Below are positions 1 through 9,306 of a stretch of DNA of 64,000 nucleotides, in pieces. Made by a program: the position numbers and the translations under genes. Within the stretch, counting starts at the first letter, position 1. Each line of letters starts with the position of its first letter. Below the pieces are notes generated by a model. The model searched no databases, was not told the origin of the DNA, and worked only from the letters and a program-made list of their open reading frames with translations. Source of the stretch: Candidatus Woesebacteria bacterium RBG_16_42_24 (GTDB lineage Bacteria > Patescibacteriota > Microgenomatia > UBA8517); assembly GCA_001792115.1 (NCBI GenBank), contig MGFX01000007.1, positions 5,265 to 69,264 on the forward strand. Reading direction: 5' to 3'.

Positions 1-457
1 GTGGCGTAGGTATATGGACTATGGGGTTTACGCCTACTCCTTTTGCAAGATACTCAATCCACCTGTATGGTGGAATACTTTGCGCAAGAGCTCCGACTTT
101 TGTTACTGCCATTGATACTGCTAGAATTGCATTTGCTCCGTATTTTGACTTATTTTCAGTTCCGTCTATTTCTATCAACTTGGCGTCAATTTCATAAAGA
201 TGTATAGGGTCAAGGCCAGAAACTCCCGGACCCAAAATGTCATTGACATTCTTTACTGCCGTTAATACCCCTTTTCCTCTATACCGGGTATTTTTAATGT
301 CTCTTAACTCTAACGCCTCGTGTGTTCCAGTTGATGTACCTGCAGGAACCGACGCGACAGAAATCATCCCATTGGTTAACTGGCAGGCTGCTTCAACCGT
401 AGGTATTCCTCTTGAATCAAGGATTTCTCTTGCCCATATTTTCGAGATAGTTGCCAT
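1..457 (-). CDS. eno: Enolase, N-terminal 152 aa (gene continues beyond the window start)
   Basis: Hand translation of the minus strand from an ATG at 457..455 gives MATISKIWAREILDSRGIPTVEAACQLTNGMIS...VPAGTSTGTHEALELRD...GKGVLTAVKNVN..., the canonical enolase N-terminus. It overlaps the ppsA stop by 1 nt (TAATG). Confidence 0.8.
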   Translation of the reverse strand, partial: MATISKIWAREILDSRGIPTVEAACQLTNGMISVASVPAGTSTGTHEALELRDIKNTRYRGKGVLTAVKNVNDILGPGVSGLDPIHLYEIDAKLIEIDGTENKSKYGANAILAVSMAVTKVGALAQSIPPYRWIEYLAKGVGVNPIVHIPTP

Positions 458-2727
458 TATTTCCTGCCCAATTTTTTCTCTGCGTTATGAATTAGAAGTC
501 TGGCGCGCTCTATAGAATCGGGATTTACAGAAATACTGGTTATTCCGTAACTAACCAGTTTTTCAACTAAATCGTCATACTGCGAAGGTGCCTGTCCGCA
601 AATTGAGGACGTAATTCCATGCCTATGACATGATTTTATAACCCGCTCAAGGGCCCATAGAACGGCCGGTGTTCTCTCGTCAAAAGCTGAAGCAACCTCT
701 GCGTTATCCCGATCTGTTCCTAAAATAAGCATAGTTAAGTCATTTGAACCAATGGATATTCCGTCTATTCCTACTTTAGCAAAGTCATCAAATTGGATAA
801 TGTTTACAGGAAGCTCAACCATCATCCAAAACTTAAAACTCGGGGATTCAAGTAATCCCTCTGATGCAACAATCCTTTTTACTTTTGAGAGTTCCTCAGG
901 TGAGCGTACGAAAGGAATCATAAGCCATAGGTTCTTGTGTTTTTCTCTAACCTTTTTAATAGCGGCAAGCTCAAGTCCAAAAACCTCCGGGTTTGATATG
1001 TAGCGAAATGCTCCACGGTACCCTAACATTGGATTTGATTCTTCCGGTTCCCATGCTTCTCCTCCGGGAAGAGATCTATATTCGTTAGTTTTAAAATCTG
1101 TTGCCCGATATACAACAGGTCGTGGGTTAAAAGCATCACAAAAGGTGGTCAAATGACTCGCCAGCTTATTAATAAACTCTCCTTGGGTTTTATGTTTTAT
1201 CGCTTCTTTTGGGTGAATCCCAATGTCTGCTATCATAAACTCGGCCCTAAGAAGCCCCACCCCTTCTACGTTCATTTTGGCAATCTCTTTTGCGCGTTCA
1301 GGTTCAGCAAGATTCACATATACTCGTGTTGCAGTTCTCAATTTCTTAGAAGATTTTTGCGGAGCAATCTTAACTTCGGTTTTTGAAACTGCACTGCCCA
1401 TAAACACCATTCCTTTCTTTCCGTCAACCGTAACAACCTGGTCGTCTTTGAGTGTTGAGGTTGCTTTTTTTGTTCCTACAACACAGGGTATTCCCAATTC
1501 CCTTGAAACAATAGCCGCATGAGATGTCTGCCCTCCTTCGTCGGTGATAATCGCCGCTGCCTTTTTCATCGCAGGGACAAAATCAGGTGAGGTCATTATG
1601 GATACTAATACGTCTCCTCGGCCGACTTTGCCTATTTCTTTGGGAGTTTTGGCGATTCTAACGGGGCCGGTGCCAATACCAGGACTAGCCCCGCTACCAG
1701 TGAGAATTGGTGCCTCGGCTATCTTATATTCCCCTTTATCTCCTTTTAATATCTCGCCGGCCTTTTTGATAGTTGTTATTGGTCTAGTTTGAACGATATA
1801 TATTTTCCCTTTTTCCTTAGCCCATTCAACGTCCTGCGGAAAGTAATAATGTTTTTGGAGTTTCGCTCCTATTTTTGCAACGGCTATAATTTCTTTATCG
1901 CTAATTTTTTGTAAATGTTTTATTCTCTCTGAAACTCCAGTTTCTATGGTTGCTCCTTTGACCCGAATGAGCTGTATTGATTGGTCAACTACCTGCTTTG
2001 AAAGAACGTCAAACGTATCTTTTTGAACAACGTAATGATCAGGAACAACTGTCCCTTGAACAATCAGCTCTCCCAATCCCCAAATTGCCTCAATAACAAT
2101 TCTGTCTTTCTCATTAGTCACTGGATCTTGAGTAAACATAACTCCCGAAACCTCCGACTGGATCATTTTTTGTACTATTACGGAAATTTTGACTTTTTGG
2201 TATGGTATTTTATTTTGTTCTCGATAAAAAATTGCCCGGGCAGTAAAGAGTGAAGCCCAACACTCACGGGTATAAGTTAAGAGGTTAGCCTCTCCCTTAA
2301 CATTCAAAAAGGTCGCTTGTTGCCCTGCAAATGAGGCATTTGGAAGATCCTCGGCTGTAGCTGAAGAGCGAACTGCTACGAGAGCATTTCTAAAAATCCC
2401 CGATAGTTTTTTGTAAGAGCGCACAATTTCGGTGCCAACTGCTTCGGGTATTTCAGAAGTTTTTATCTTCTTTTGTATTTTTAAGGCTGCGCTTTCAAGT
2501 TCCTGTGTATTGGCAACATTTGTAATCTTAATAATTTTCGCAATACCATCTACGATTTTGTTATGCTCCATAAAAACATCATATGCCGGAACCGTGATGG
2601 CAAATCCATTTGGAACAGGAAAACCTGCCTTTACCATTTCTCCTAAATTGGCGCCTTTGCCACCAACGAGTGGTAAATCTTCTTTGTCTATATCTTTGAA
2701 GAAAACGGTTAAGGGTTTGGCAGGCAT
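457..2727 (-). CDS. ppsA: Phosphoenolpyruvate synthase (pyruvate, water dikinase)
   Basis: N-terminal ATP-grasp region (VGGKGANLGEM), PEP-utilizer swivel domain (GGQTSHAAIVSRELGIPCVVG) and C-terminal TIM-barrel PEP-binding domain. Start reassigned to the internal MPAKPL (ATG at 2727) to remove the overlap with the upstream gene. Confidence 0.85.
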   Translation of the reverse strand: MPAKPLTVFFKDIDKEDLPLVGGKGANLGEMVKAGFPVPNGFAITVPAYDVFMEHNKIVDGIAKIIKITNVANTQELESAALKIQKKIKTSEIPEAVGTEIVRSYKKLSGIFRNALVAVRSSATAEDLPNASFAGQQATFLNVKGEANLLTYTRECWASLFTARAIFYREQNKIPYQKVKISVIVQKMIQSEVSGVMFTQDPVTNEKDRIVIEAIWGLGELIVQGTVVPDHYVVQKDTFDVLSKQVVDQSIQLIRVKGATIETGVSERIKHLQKISDKEIIAVAKIGAKLQKHYYFPQDVEWAKEKGKIYIVQTRPITTIKKAGEILKGDKGEYKIAEAPILTGSGASPGIGTGPVRIAKTPKEIGKVGRGDVLVSIMTSPDFVPAMKKAAAIITDEGGQTSHAAIVSRELGIPCVVGTKKATSTLKDDQVVTVDGKKGMVFMGSAVSKTEVKIAPQKSSKKLRTATRVYVNLAEPERAKEIAKMNVEGVGLLRAEFMIADIGIHPKEAIKHKTQGEFINKLASHLTTFCDAFNPRPVVYRATDFKTNEYRSLPGGEAWEPEESNPMLGYRGAFRYISNPEVFGLELAAIKKVREKHKNLWLMIPFVRSPEELSKVKRIVASEGLLESPSFKFWMMVELPVNIIQFDDFAKVGIDGISIGSNDLTMLILGTDRDNAEVASAFDERTPAVLWALERVIKSCHRHGITSSICGQAPSQYDDLVEKLVSYGITSISVNPDSIERARLLIHNAEKKLGRK

Positions 2728-2752
2728 TCTTATTATGTTCGCAGATATTTCA

Positions 2753-3829
2753 TCACTTCGCAAGCTCGTTTTTGAAGTAATCGACCCAGGGAATCGGGGA
2801 GGGATCAATGCCGTAGAGCATTGCAAGATAAAAGCTGATATACGAACCGAGAACCAAAAGTTCATAAACCTGATCAATCTTCGTCTGTCCTTTAATTTTT
2901 AAAACGTCACACGCAACACCATTTTTTTCAGTAACATCTATTGTTATTGGATACCTCTTTTTAATCTCTGTAGGATAAAGCTCTGAATCTAAGAAAAGAA
3001 AATGTATAAAACTTTTAGCGCTAGCCGGATTTCTTAAACCTTCTAATAAGTGATGATTGAGCTCAGGAATATCAAAGAAAAGAGCAAATGCTTTAGAATT
3101 TTCGTTCAGCTGGTTCTTAAAGGCATGCGCAATTCCTACTAAATGTGAGCTCGCTATAAGAACTGGAATTTTGTCCTTAAGCTTGGCAGCGTAGAGTTTC
3201 GCTAAGTTATCTTTTATAGGAGTTCTAGCTCCAAATGCCGAAACCGCACTTTCCATATCTTTAACTATTTTTTCAATATCCACGTTGCTAACCTGTGTAA
3301 AACCCAGCTTGTTGAGCAACGCTAAATTGGCCGTTATTGAGTAGCCTAATGCCATTCTAGGCTGCCCCGAAGGGTTTTGTTTGGCTTCAAATATATAAGA
3401 ATTGATATTGTTTTCTTTAGCTAACTCGGCCAACTTTCCGCCGGTTGCTACGATAAAAACCCGGGCTCCTTTAGACATAGCGTCATGGGCCGCCGAAACC
3501 GTTTCCGCTGTATTTCCTGAATACGAAGATAAAATAACGAGAGTGTCGTCTTTTACATAATAAGGTAAGCTGTAGTCCGTTACGACTTCGATTGGCGCGA
3601 GATTAGACGATGATAACAGTGAATGGAGTATTCTCCCAGCAAGTGCGGAGCCTCCCATCCCAGAAACCACGATATGAGATACGCTACGATACTCATCGGG
3701 GAGAGCAATTGCAATTTCTGATACTTCTTGCCAAGCTTGTGCGACTTGCTTGGGTAGGGCTTCAATCGAACCTAAAACATTCCCTTTATCAAGTTCTGCT
3801 ATTTTTGACAGATCATCAAGGTTATCCAT
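2753..3829 (-). CDS. Bifunctional phosphoglucose/phosphomannose isomerase (archaeal-type, SIS domain)
   Basis: 358 aa; SIS-domain motifs (VVSGMGGSALAGRIL, ILSSYSGNTAETV); length and sequence typical of archaeal-type PGI/PMI. Confidence 0.65.
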   Translation of the reverse strand: MDNLDDLSKIAELDKGNVLGSIEALPKQVAQAWQEVSEIAIALPDEYRSVSHIVVSGMGGSALAGRILHSLLSSSNLAPIEVVTDYSLPYYVKDDTLVILSSYSGNTAETVSAAHDAMSKGARVFIVATGGKLAELAKENNINSYIFEAKQNPSGQPRMALGYSITANLALLNKLGFTQVSNVDIEKIVKDMESAVSAFGARTPIKDNLAKLYAAKLKDKIPVLIASSHLVGIAHAFKNQLNENSKAFALFFDIPELNHHLLEGLRNPASAKSFIHFLFLDSELYPTEIKKRYPITIDVTEKNGVACDVLKIKGQTKIDQVYELLVLGSYISFYLAMLYGIDPSPIPWVDYFKNELAK

Positions 3830-5174
3830 TTGGGGTAGAAATCAGCTCCTTCACAAAAGATATTCCATCCTCAAGAAGTTTCCCAGCTTTTTTCTCATCC
3901 TTACTTTCAGCAAAGACCCTAAATTCAGGAGCATTAGCGCTTGATCTAAAAAGAATCCACGTATTTTCGTCCACCCATATTTTGAGTCCATCAAGCTCTT
4001 CTACTCTTACACCTTTGAAATTCTTTTTTGCTTCGGATAGGATTTTATCCTTTAGTTCCCACTTATAATCGATCTTAGTTCTAAACATATAAAACTTGGG
4101 GAGTGTAGCCACAAGCTCTGAAAACTTACCCCCAAATTCGAATAAAAGATTCAGCAACTTCATAGTCATAGTTCCTCCGTCTCGCGTGTACATTATTTCA
4201 GCAGAGATTCCGCCACCGTTTGACTCAAACCCAAATACCGCCCCTACTTCTTTCATCTTGCCCACAACAAACGGGGAGCCAACTTTGGTTCTAATAACTT
4301 TTTTGCCTAAAGTATCGACAACGGATGAAGCGCTAATAGTTGTAACTACTGTATCTCCCGGGGCTTTTTTGGCAATTAAAGAGCATGAGTATTCCCCGGG
4401 GACAAATTCTCCCTTTTCGTTAACGAAAACCACTCTATCACCGTCGCCGTCAAAGGCTATTCCAAAATGTACGCCCTCTTTCTTAACAGTTTCTTTGAGT
4501 GTCTCGATCGCTGCTTTGTCATCGGTATCGGTGTCTCTTGCTATAAAAGGTTCTTGCGGGTCGCAATTGACCTCGATTACATTAAGACCCAGTCTTCGAA
4601 GTAAAGCCGGCATAACGACAGACTGAGAACCATTGGCGCAGTCAAGGCCTACACTCCAGCTCGGGAAGGGACCTACGGCTAAATTAAATAACATGTCGGA
4701 ATAAAGCTCTTGGGCTCTTGACTCTATTTTTACATTCACGGGAATGCTATCGGGTTTTCCTTTCCCCTTAATCTGGTAATAAATGGACTCTATCTCTTTC
4801 TGATCATCAACGGAAACTTCCTCGTCGTGGGCGTAAAATTTTACCCCATTTAGTTCTGGGGCTATATGGCTACCTGTAATCATTATCCCTGCAACAACCG
4901 GCGTGTTGATAATGAGCCAGTTCATAGAAGGAATGGGCGTAACTCCTTCGTCAAAAAGCTCAACGCCACCCGTTGAAAGTCCTGTTAGAAGTTCGTTTCT
5001 TATTCTGGGGCTCGACTCTCTGGGGTCCATACCTATAGCGATAGGCCCCAGACTTTCATGCCGCCTTAAGAATTCTATGAAAGTTCTGCCTATATCAAAA
5101 CAAAACTGTTTTGTAAAAAGGGTGTCTGCAGATCCTCTTATTCCGCTCGTGCCAAAAAGGGATTTTTCTACCAC
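3822..5174 (-). CDS. Phosphohexomutase (phosphomannomutase/phosphoglucosamine mutase family)
   Basis: GTSGIRG N-terminus, active-site TGSHIAPE-like loop (ITGSHIAPELNG) and metal-binding FDGDGDR motif. Confidence 0.75.
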   Translation of the reverse strand: MVEKSLFGTSGIRGSADTLFTKQFCFDIGRTFIEFLRRHESLGPIAIGMDPRESSPRIRNELLTGLSTGGVELFDEGVTPIPSMNWLIINTPVVAGIMITGSHIAPELNGVKFYAHDEEVSVDDQKEIESIYYQIKGKGKPDSIPVNVKIESRAQELYSDMLFNLAVGPFPSWSVGLDCANGSQSVVMPALLRRLGLNVIEVNCDPQEPFIARDTDTDDKAAIETLKETVKKEGVHFGIAFDGDGDRVVFVNEKGEFVPGEYSCSLIAKKAPGDTVVTTISASSVVDTLGKKVIRTKVGSPFVVGKMKEVGAVFGFESNGGGISAEIMYTRDGGTMTMKLLNLLFEFGGKFSELVATLPKFYMFRTKIDYKWELKDKILSEAKKNFKGVRVEELDGLKIWVDENTWILFRSSANAPEFRVFAESKDEKKAGKLLEDGISFVKELISTPNG

Positions 5175-5177
5175 AGC

Positions 5178-5843
5178 TTATTCTAGTTCGGTGGCAATTA
5201 GAAGGTCAAGGGAAGAAACGAGACTTTCTTTTGAAGTTTTTACGCTAACGTCTATCTCGGCTAACTTATTAATCAATCTGCTAAGTTTTTTTTGAGTAAA
5301 CTTTTCCGACTGACTCTCAAGTTTCAACATTCTCCATTCGGGGTAACCCAAGAAAACCCCGTCTATTTTAAGTAGGTATAGATCGCGAAGAAAGCGGGAA
5401 AGAAGATGCAGAATCAATTCTTCAGGTTGGCTACTTGCGATCTGGTGAAATAAATTCAATGCGTTTTTTACATTTCCTGGATAAAAAGAATCCAGAAATT
5501 TATAAATCAGATTGGGGAGCTTAAATTCTTCCAACGACGCGGTGTCCGGAAGAGCGCTTATTAGTGTTTTGGAGATAAACCCTGATTGAAAAAGTATTAT
5601 GTTTCCTTCCCTCCGCGAGAGCAACATCTCAAGTTCTTTTTTTTTCAATCTTCCGGCGTTATCGATTAACAAGACACTTTCTCCAAAAAGACCTCGATTA
5701 AGGGCTACGTCACTTATTGAGGAGGAAGCATCAAGTGAAATTTTCTGTATGTCGATACCTTTCTCTCGGGCTTGAGCAATTAAGACCGCAAGCCTCTTTC
5801 TTGAAGCAACTTCATTGTCGCCGTTTACGACAAAAACCTTCAT
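5178..5843 (-). CDS. holA: DNA polymerase III delta subunit-like (short HolA)
   Basis: 221 aa; N-terminal region with LFGESVLLI motif and helical C-terminal region resembling HolA. Shorter than the canonical protein. Confidence 0.45.
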   Translation of the reverse strand: MKVFVVNGDNEVASRKRLAVLIAQAREKGIDIQKISLDASSSISDVALNRGLFGESVLLIDNAGRLKKKELEMLLSRREGNIILFQSGFISKTLISALPDTASLEEFKLPNLIYKFLDSFYPGNVKNALNLFHQIASSQPEELILHLLSRFLRDLYLLKIDGVFLGYPEWRMLKLESQSEKFTQKKLSRLINKLAEIDVSVKTSKESLVSSLDLLIATELE

Positions 5844-6259
5844 TTAAGACTCCTAAAGTATTGTGCGACCAATACTTCCAATTTACGGTGAAAGTTTCTC
5901 GGTCCACGTCGGATATGCGGCGCTAAAGCGCCTGAAAAATTTCTGGGAATATGTGTGATTTCATGAAGAATAACTTTATCCTTCTCTACTTCGGGAAGTT
6001 TATCATATTTCTCTGAAATTACTTCGACTATATATGCCGCTTCAACTTGAAGTACACCTTGCCAAATTTTTCCCAGTCCCCAAATTCTGGCTATTGCGTG
6101 AGTCTTTGCATTAAACGACCGAAGGCAAAAAACTCTAGTGGGTTTTACCCAGGAGATATCAAGCGAAGTTACAAGGTGAGAAAGTCTTTTTTTTACGTCA
6201 GGAGCTACTTCCCAAACAATACCCCTGCCCCTTTTATGATTCTTTATATACTTCTGCAC
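5840..6259 (-). CDS. Small HExxH-motif putative zinc metallohydrolase (WLM/SprT/YgjP-like)
   Basis: 139 aa containing VILHEITHIPRNF. No further family assignment is possible by eye. Overlaps both neighbours (operon). Confidence 0.35.
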   Translation of the reverse strand: MQKYIKNHKRGRGIVWEVAPDVKKRLSHLVTSLDISWVKPTRVFCLRSFNAKTHAIARIWGLGKIWQGVLQVEAAYIVEVISEKYDKLPEVEKDKVILHEITHIPRNFSGALAPHIRRGPRNFHRKLEVLVAQYFRSLK

Positions 6260-6497
6260 CTTCTTTTACCTCCGAATCGACTTTTAGACCAACAATTTCT
6301 CCTTTTTTGGCTGATTCCTTCTTTTCGTGTTCGACCTGCATGGACGAAACAGTTTGGGTGAAAAGGTCCTCCCCTCCCCTAGAAAATTTAATTTTATCTC
6401 CCACTGCAAGATCTCCTGAAAGTTCTAAAACCGCAACCCCAATTTTATCGTAATAATGTGTTATTTTACCTACTTTATAATCTGCCAAATTCTTCAC
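6234..6497 (-). CDS. Small beta-barrel protein (EF-Tu domain-2-like fold suspected)
   Basis: 87 aa: KVGKITHYYDKIGVAVLELSGDLAVGDKIKF...GEIVGLKV. Sits in the operon between ruvC and the HExxH gene. Confidence 0.3.
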   Translation of the reverse strand: MKNLADYKVGKITHYYDKIGVAVLELSGDLAVGDKIKFSRGGEDLFTQTVSSMQVEHEKKESAKKGEIVGLKVDSEVKEGAEVYKES

Positions 6498-7000
6498 CCC
6501 CCTCCACTAAAAACGTGACATAATGCTATGGCCAAAGCGTCCGCTTCGTTGTCAAAGTGAGTTTTCTTTTTAACTTTACTCCTTATTTTAGCACCTAAGT
6601 GGCCTCGTAGCGCCTGCTGCATCTTTTTTTTGTCAGCGCGTCCATCTCCGGCCACTACTTTTTTTATAGTACCTGGCGCATATTCTGAAACTTTTACCTT
6701 TGATTTGGCGGCAGCCAAAAGTATCACGCCTTGAGCTTGCCCCACGCTTATTGCTGTTTTGGCGTTTGTGGCAAAAAATATTTTCTCCATAGCCATAACG
6801 TCGGGTGAGAATTTTCGAAGCAACCCAAGCATTTCCTTATAAATATGGCTAAGTCTTTTTCCTGTAACACCATTTTTCTCGGTTTCAATAAGTCCCCAAT
6901 CAATAACCTCAAATCCCTTTTTTTCTTTTTTAATGAGTCCGAAACCAGTTGTGGCTGTACCTGGATCTATACCCAAAACAAGCATAGAGTTATTATACAC
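6494..7000 (-). CDS. ruvC: Crossover junction endodeoxyribonuclease RuvC
   Basis: LGIDPGTATTGFG N-terminus and ADALAIALCH C-terminal motif. Confidence 0.85.
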   Translation of the reverse strand: MYNNSMLVLGIDPGTATTGFGLIKKEKKGFEVIDWGLIETEKNGVTGKRLSHIYKEMLGLLRKFSPDVMAMEKIFFATNAKTAISVGQAQGVILLAAAKSKVKVSEYAPGTIKKVVAGDGRADKKKMQQALRGHLGAKIRSKVKKKTHFDNEADALAIALCHVFSGGG

Positions 7001-7009
7001 CCCAACTGC

Positions 7010-7225
7010 CTACTTCTTTCCCTTCTTTTGGAAGAAAGATAAATAAACTATCTCAAGAACCCCAAGTGTATTAATAACCAATAAACCGAAAAACCAATAT
7101 TTCTGGTTATTCCTTGCACTTCTCCAAAGAGCGATGCCTTTCCAAAATAAAGTCCAAACAAGGGCGATTACGACCAGAATTTTTGGCAAACCCGATATTG
7201 GGCCAAGAAGTAGCTCTTTATACAT
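7010..7225 (-). CDS. Small two-helix membrane protein, unknown function
   Basis: Hydrophobic 71 aa product from the internal ATG (MYKELLLGPISGLPKILVVIALVWTLFW...). The longer ORF upstream would run toward the tRNAs. Confidence 0.35.
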   Translation of the reverse strand: MYKELLLGPISGLPKILVVIALVWTLFWKGIALWRSARNNQKYWFFGLLVINTLGVLEIVYLSFFQKKGKK

Positions 7226-7458
7226 AAACTTATCACCCCCAATTAATATTACATAAAAAGAGCAGGGCGGGTCTAGAGTCGTAGGATTTTTGTGTTGAAG
7301 AGGCGAGGTGCCTCCCATCCTTCGATTCTAATTCTGACCCGCCCTGTGCGCTCCTTTACCAGGGGATGCAGACTTGCCGCTTGCTTGGCTACTGCTCTTT
7401 ACCCCCTGGTTCGGCCAGTTGGTATTCACCCGCGGAGAGTTTCCTTGGGTCTGGCCTA

Positions 7459-7533
7459 AGCCAACGGAAGGATTCGAACCTCCAACCCTCCAGGCTATGA
7501 ACCTGGCGCTCTGCCATTGAGCTACGTTGGCGC
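7459..7533 (-). tRNA. tRNA-Met (anticodon CAT), elongator-type or possibly Ile2
   Basis: Cloverleaf read on the minus strand: acceptor GCCAACG/CGTTGGC, anticodon stem CCAGG/CCTGG with loop TTCATAG, T-arm GGAGG-TTCGAAT-CCTTC. CCA is not encoded. Confidence 0.7.
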
Positions 7534-7540
7534 AAACCAT

Positions 7541-7611
7541 GCGCGGTGAGGGATTCGAACCCCCGTACTCCGGCACTCCCTGCCGATGCTCTACCACTGA
7601 GCTAACCGCGC
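7541..7611 (-). tRNA. tRNA with an atypical anticodon loop (AGGGAGT; GGA/GGG-like reading, assignment uncertain)
   Basis: Minus-strand sequence GCGCGGTTAGCTCAGTGGTAGAGCA-TCGGC-AGGGAGT-GCCGG-AGTAC-GGGGG-TTCGAAT-CCCTC-ACCGCGC. Acceptor, D and T arms are perfect but the anticodon loop lacks U33. Confidence 0.5.
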
Positions 7612-7653
7612 GACAGAACTGATATTTTATTTTGGGCTTGTAAAAAAGTCAAG

Positions 7654-8280
7654 CTAGAATGTTACGAAGTAGTTTATGGAGGCACCCGCTTTCAATTCCG
7701 TAATCCAACTTTGATAAGCTGATGAGAGCTTAGTCTGAGCCAGTTGATTTTTAATGTCATCCGCAACGTCCTCGAGCTTGGTCCCATCCTCATAAAGATC
7801 GCCATTTTTCTCGAAATAGTCCTTTACTTCCTCGTCAGATACTACAATTTTATCGGAAAGGATTTTCTCAACCGTCTTTTGAATTTTTATTTGTTCTAGC
7901 AAGTCCTTTTTCGACTGGTTTTGTAAAGAAAGTGCTTCATCGAGGGTCATCCCCTGCTCACTAACAATTTGCTCAAGCCTCGAAAGCTCCGAGTCGATTT
8001 CACTTTGTGAAACTTCCACTCCCTTTTTCTTTGCTTCCTGAAAGATTAATGATTTGACTACCAGATTGTCTAAAGTTTGACTCCCTCCCTGTTTTTCGAG
8101 TTCTTTTACTACCGTTAAACGACTGATGGGCATTCCATTAACTAATGCCGCAACAAATAGCCCTTTACCCAAGTACCCCAATGAGATGGCAGCAATAAGA
8201 GCTGCAATTAGAATGATTTTCTTTCTATTGAAAGATTTTAATTTCGAAAGAAGTTTTATTCGTAATTGCTTAATCTTCAT
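7654..8280 (-). CDS. Membrane-anchored SurA N-domain-like chaperone / PPIase-associated protein
   Basis: N-terminal TM helix followed by a helical region resembling the SurA/PpiD N-terminal domain. No parvulin domain seen. Confidence 0.4.
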   Translation of the reverse strand: MKIKQLRIKLLSKLKSFNRKKIILIAALIAAISLGYLGKGLFVAALVNGMPISRLTVVKELEKQGGSQTLDNLVVKSLIFQEAKKKGVEVSQSEIDSELSRLEQIVSEQGMTLDEALSLQNQSKKDLLEQIKIQKTVEKILSDKIVVSDEEVKDYFEKNGDLYEDGTKLEDVADDIKNQLAQTKLSSAYQSWITELKAGASINYFVTF

Positions 8281-8900
8281 TTTGTTTTTTTCTTCTTAAG
8301 GGCTTGGGTGTAGAGATTTTCTACCTCTTCCCAATTTACCACATTCCACCAAGCGTCGATATATTCGGCGCGTCTATTCTGATAGCGAAGATAGTATGCG
8401 TGCTCCCAAACGTCAAGAGCTAAAATGGGGGAAAGGCCCAAAGAAAGAGGAGAGTCCTGGTTAACGGTATCCACAACCTCGAGCTTCCTGCCGTGAACGA
8501 CAAGCCACACCCAACCACTCCCAAATCTTCCCATAGCGGTTGCGCTAAATTCTTCCTGAAATGTTTTAAAGTCTCTAAAGTTTTTTTTGATTAAGGACAT
8601 TAGTGAATGGGATGGAGCTTTTGCCGGCTTCGGTGCCATTAACTTCCAGAACAGTGAGTGGTTTAAGTGCCCACCACCTTGATTTCTAACTCGGGTTTGG
8701 AGTTCGGCGGGAATTTTTTTTAGACTCCCGATAAGGTCAAAGATATCCGTGTCCAAAAGCTCATCTCTCCCTTTTAAAGCGTCGTTCAGGTTTTGAACAT
8801 AAGCAGCGTGGTGTTTAGTGTGATGAATACGCATGGTTTCCGTATCGATAAAGGGTTCAAGTGCTGCGTAGTCGTAAGGAAGAGGAGGAAGAGTAAACAT
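8277..8900 (-). CDS. sodA: Superoxide dismutase (Fe/Mn family)
   Basis: LPPLPYDYAALEPFIDTETMRIHHTKHHAAYV, and metal ligands in DVWEHAYY. Confidence 0.9.
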   Translation of the reverse strand: MFTLPPLPYDYAALEPFIDTETMRIHHTKHHAAYVQNLNDALKGRDELLDTDIFDLIGSLKKIPAELQTRVRNQGGGHLNHSLFWKLMAPKPAKAPSHSLMSLIKKNFRDFKTFQEEFSATAMGRFGSGWVWLVVHGRKLEVVDTVNQDSPLSLGLSPILALDVWEHAYYLRYQNRRAEYIDAWWNVVNWEEVENLYTQALKKKKTK

Positions 8901-8902
8901 TA

Positions 8903-9298
8903 TTAATTCTCGTTTATGACATCCTCCGCATTTTTTGTCTTTAACTTGACAACCACGGGTCTAGCAAGAAGGGCCCCTAAAGAACCTATTTTATATCCTA
9001 CACTTGCGATAAATCCCATGAGGAGTAGGTGGGCAAGGGTATTCGAGGTCTTGTTTAATATGTCAGCCGGTACGAGCTCGAGCATTGGCGCTTGGCCGGA
9101 TGCCTTAAGTGCGTCACGCGCTTCCGGTGGAGCGTCGCTTCCAATTAAGCTTGAGGCATCCAACGAAATTGCCGGAAAATTAAAAAGCGCAAACGGCTTT
9201 GATTTCCCCGAAAAAACGCTGTAGACAGAAAATGCCGCTAAAACAATAATCACAATCCCGAGGATAATAAGGGCAAACCCGCTCACTCTTTCTGTCAT
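8903..9298 (-). CDS. Hypothetical membrane protein
   Basis: 131 aa with N- and C-terminal hydrophobic helices; no recognisable motif. Confidence 0.35.
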   Translation of the reverse strand: MTERVSGFALIILGIVIIVLAAFSVYSVFSGKSKPFALFNFPAISLDASSLIGSDAPPEARDALKASGQAPMLELVPADILNKTSNTLAHLLLMGFIASVGYKIGSLGALLARPVVVKLKTKNAEDVINEN

Positions 9299-9306
9299 AA
9301 CTTATA

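Noticed and set aside
237-515. 92-aa plus-strand ORF at the window start
   Set aside because: It lies antisense to the enolase coding sequence, whose minus-strand translation is unmistakable. No motif, and composition-driven.
7328-7597. 89-aa minus-strand ORF
   Set aside because: It is the translation of two adjacent tRNA genes (GGTTCGAATCC T-arm sequences visible), not a protein.
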